This document shows positions 63,439-64,000 of a stretch of DNA of 64,000 bases, in pieces. The notes under the pieces were generated by a model. The model made no database searches and had not been told where the DNA came from. It saw only the letters and a list, made by a program, of their open reading frames with translations. The first letter of the stretch is position 1; every line of letters starts with the position of its first letter. Position numbers and translations under genes: made by a program. The DNA comes from Balanoglossus misakiensis (lineage: Eukaryota > Animalia > Hemichordata), in contig CM082577.2 of the NCBI GenBank assembly GCA_040954595.2, forward strand, positions 13,647,903-13,711,902. The letters run 5' to 3'.

Positions 63439-64000
63439 GTAAGTACATCTGCACAGTGAAATTTTACTACACTTAGAAATGCCATTCTTTAAGTGATATT
63501 ATTTCAGTACACACATATGTATGGGTATTTATACGTCTCCATGTTTTATCAAGAAAAAGTGGTGAAAACTGGAATCTACCACACATTCTCCCATCCAAGA
63601 TTGTAAACAGGTGAGATTTGCACGATGTTGGTCGGCCACCGTACATACCCTCCAGCACAATATAACAACCAAACAAGTATAAGTGTACTTCTTGCAGTTG
63701 TACATAAAAGTCCTTGCTAAAATTCATGAAAACTTTTTTTGTGAACATTGTATACAATTGTTGAACATACAAGCATACACATGAAGACATGACATTCTGT
63801 TTTCTATCCATTTCCACAAAGCATTTACATGAATATGTAATTACATTATCAGTTATTGCAGCCACTTCCCATTTGGCAAAATAAAATGCAGTTTCTCAAT
63901 AGACCAGTATGTTTCACTAGATTCTGACCATACACTAAGAAAAGTAAAAATGATATTAATTGTTAAATGTTCATTCATATTCAGGAAAACAATCATATCA

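Overview
Animal (metazoan) genomic DNA, AT-rich with spliceosomal introns; the repeat and protein families suggest a marine invertebrate such as a hemichordate, cephalochordate or echinoderm (inference). The first ~43 kb is a graveyard of nested, mostly degenerate transposons: KDZ/BEN remnants, hAT elements with 5-bp and 7-bp TSDs, a DD37E Tc1-like element carrying a SAM-like ORF, Harbinger, Gypsy, Ginger-like integrase duplicates, Crypton tyrosine-recombinase fragments and hairpin-ended non-autonomous elements. From ~43.2 kb to the window end there is one multi-exon + strand host gene, reconstructed from splice sites and intron phases: signal peptide - GT4 (conflict-type) glycosyltransferase-like domain with a degenerate catalytic motif - TRADD-N-like domain - hydrophobic segment - coiled coil - ZU5. 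It looks like a modular innate-immunity gene, and it carries an in-frame TAA. Its first intron holds a Naiad-type Penelope retroelement with two hammerhead ribozymes; a later intron holds a Gmr1-type Gypsy element with an intact LTR and PBS. Other notable signals are four copies of an invariant 67-nt structured core inside diverged repeats, and four long palindromes with one-strand tandem G.A mismatches and GNA triloops. All domain calls are by eye from motif recognition; no database searches were run.
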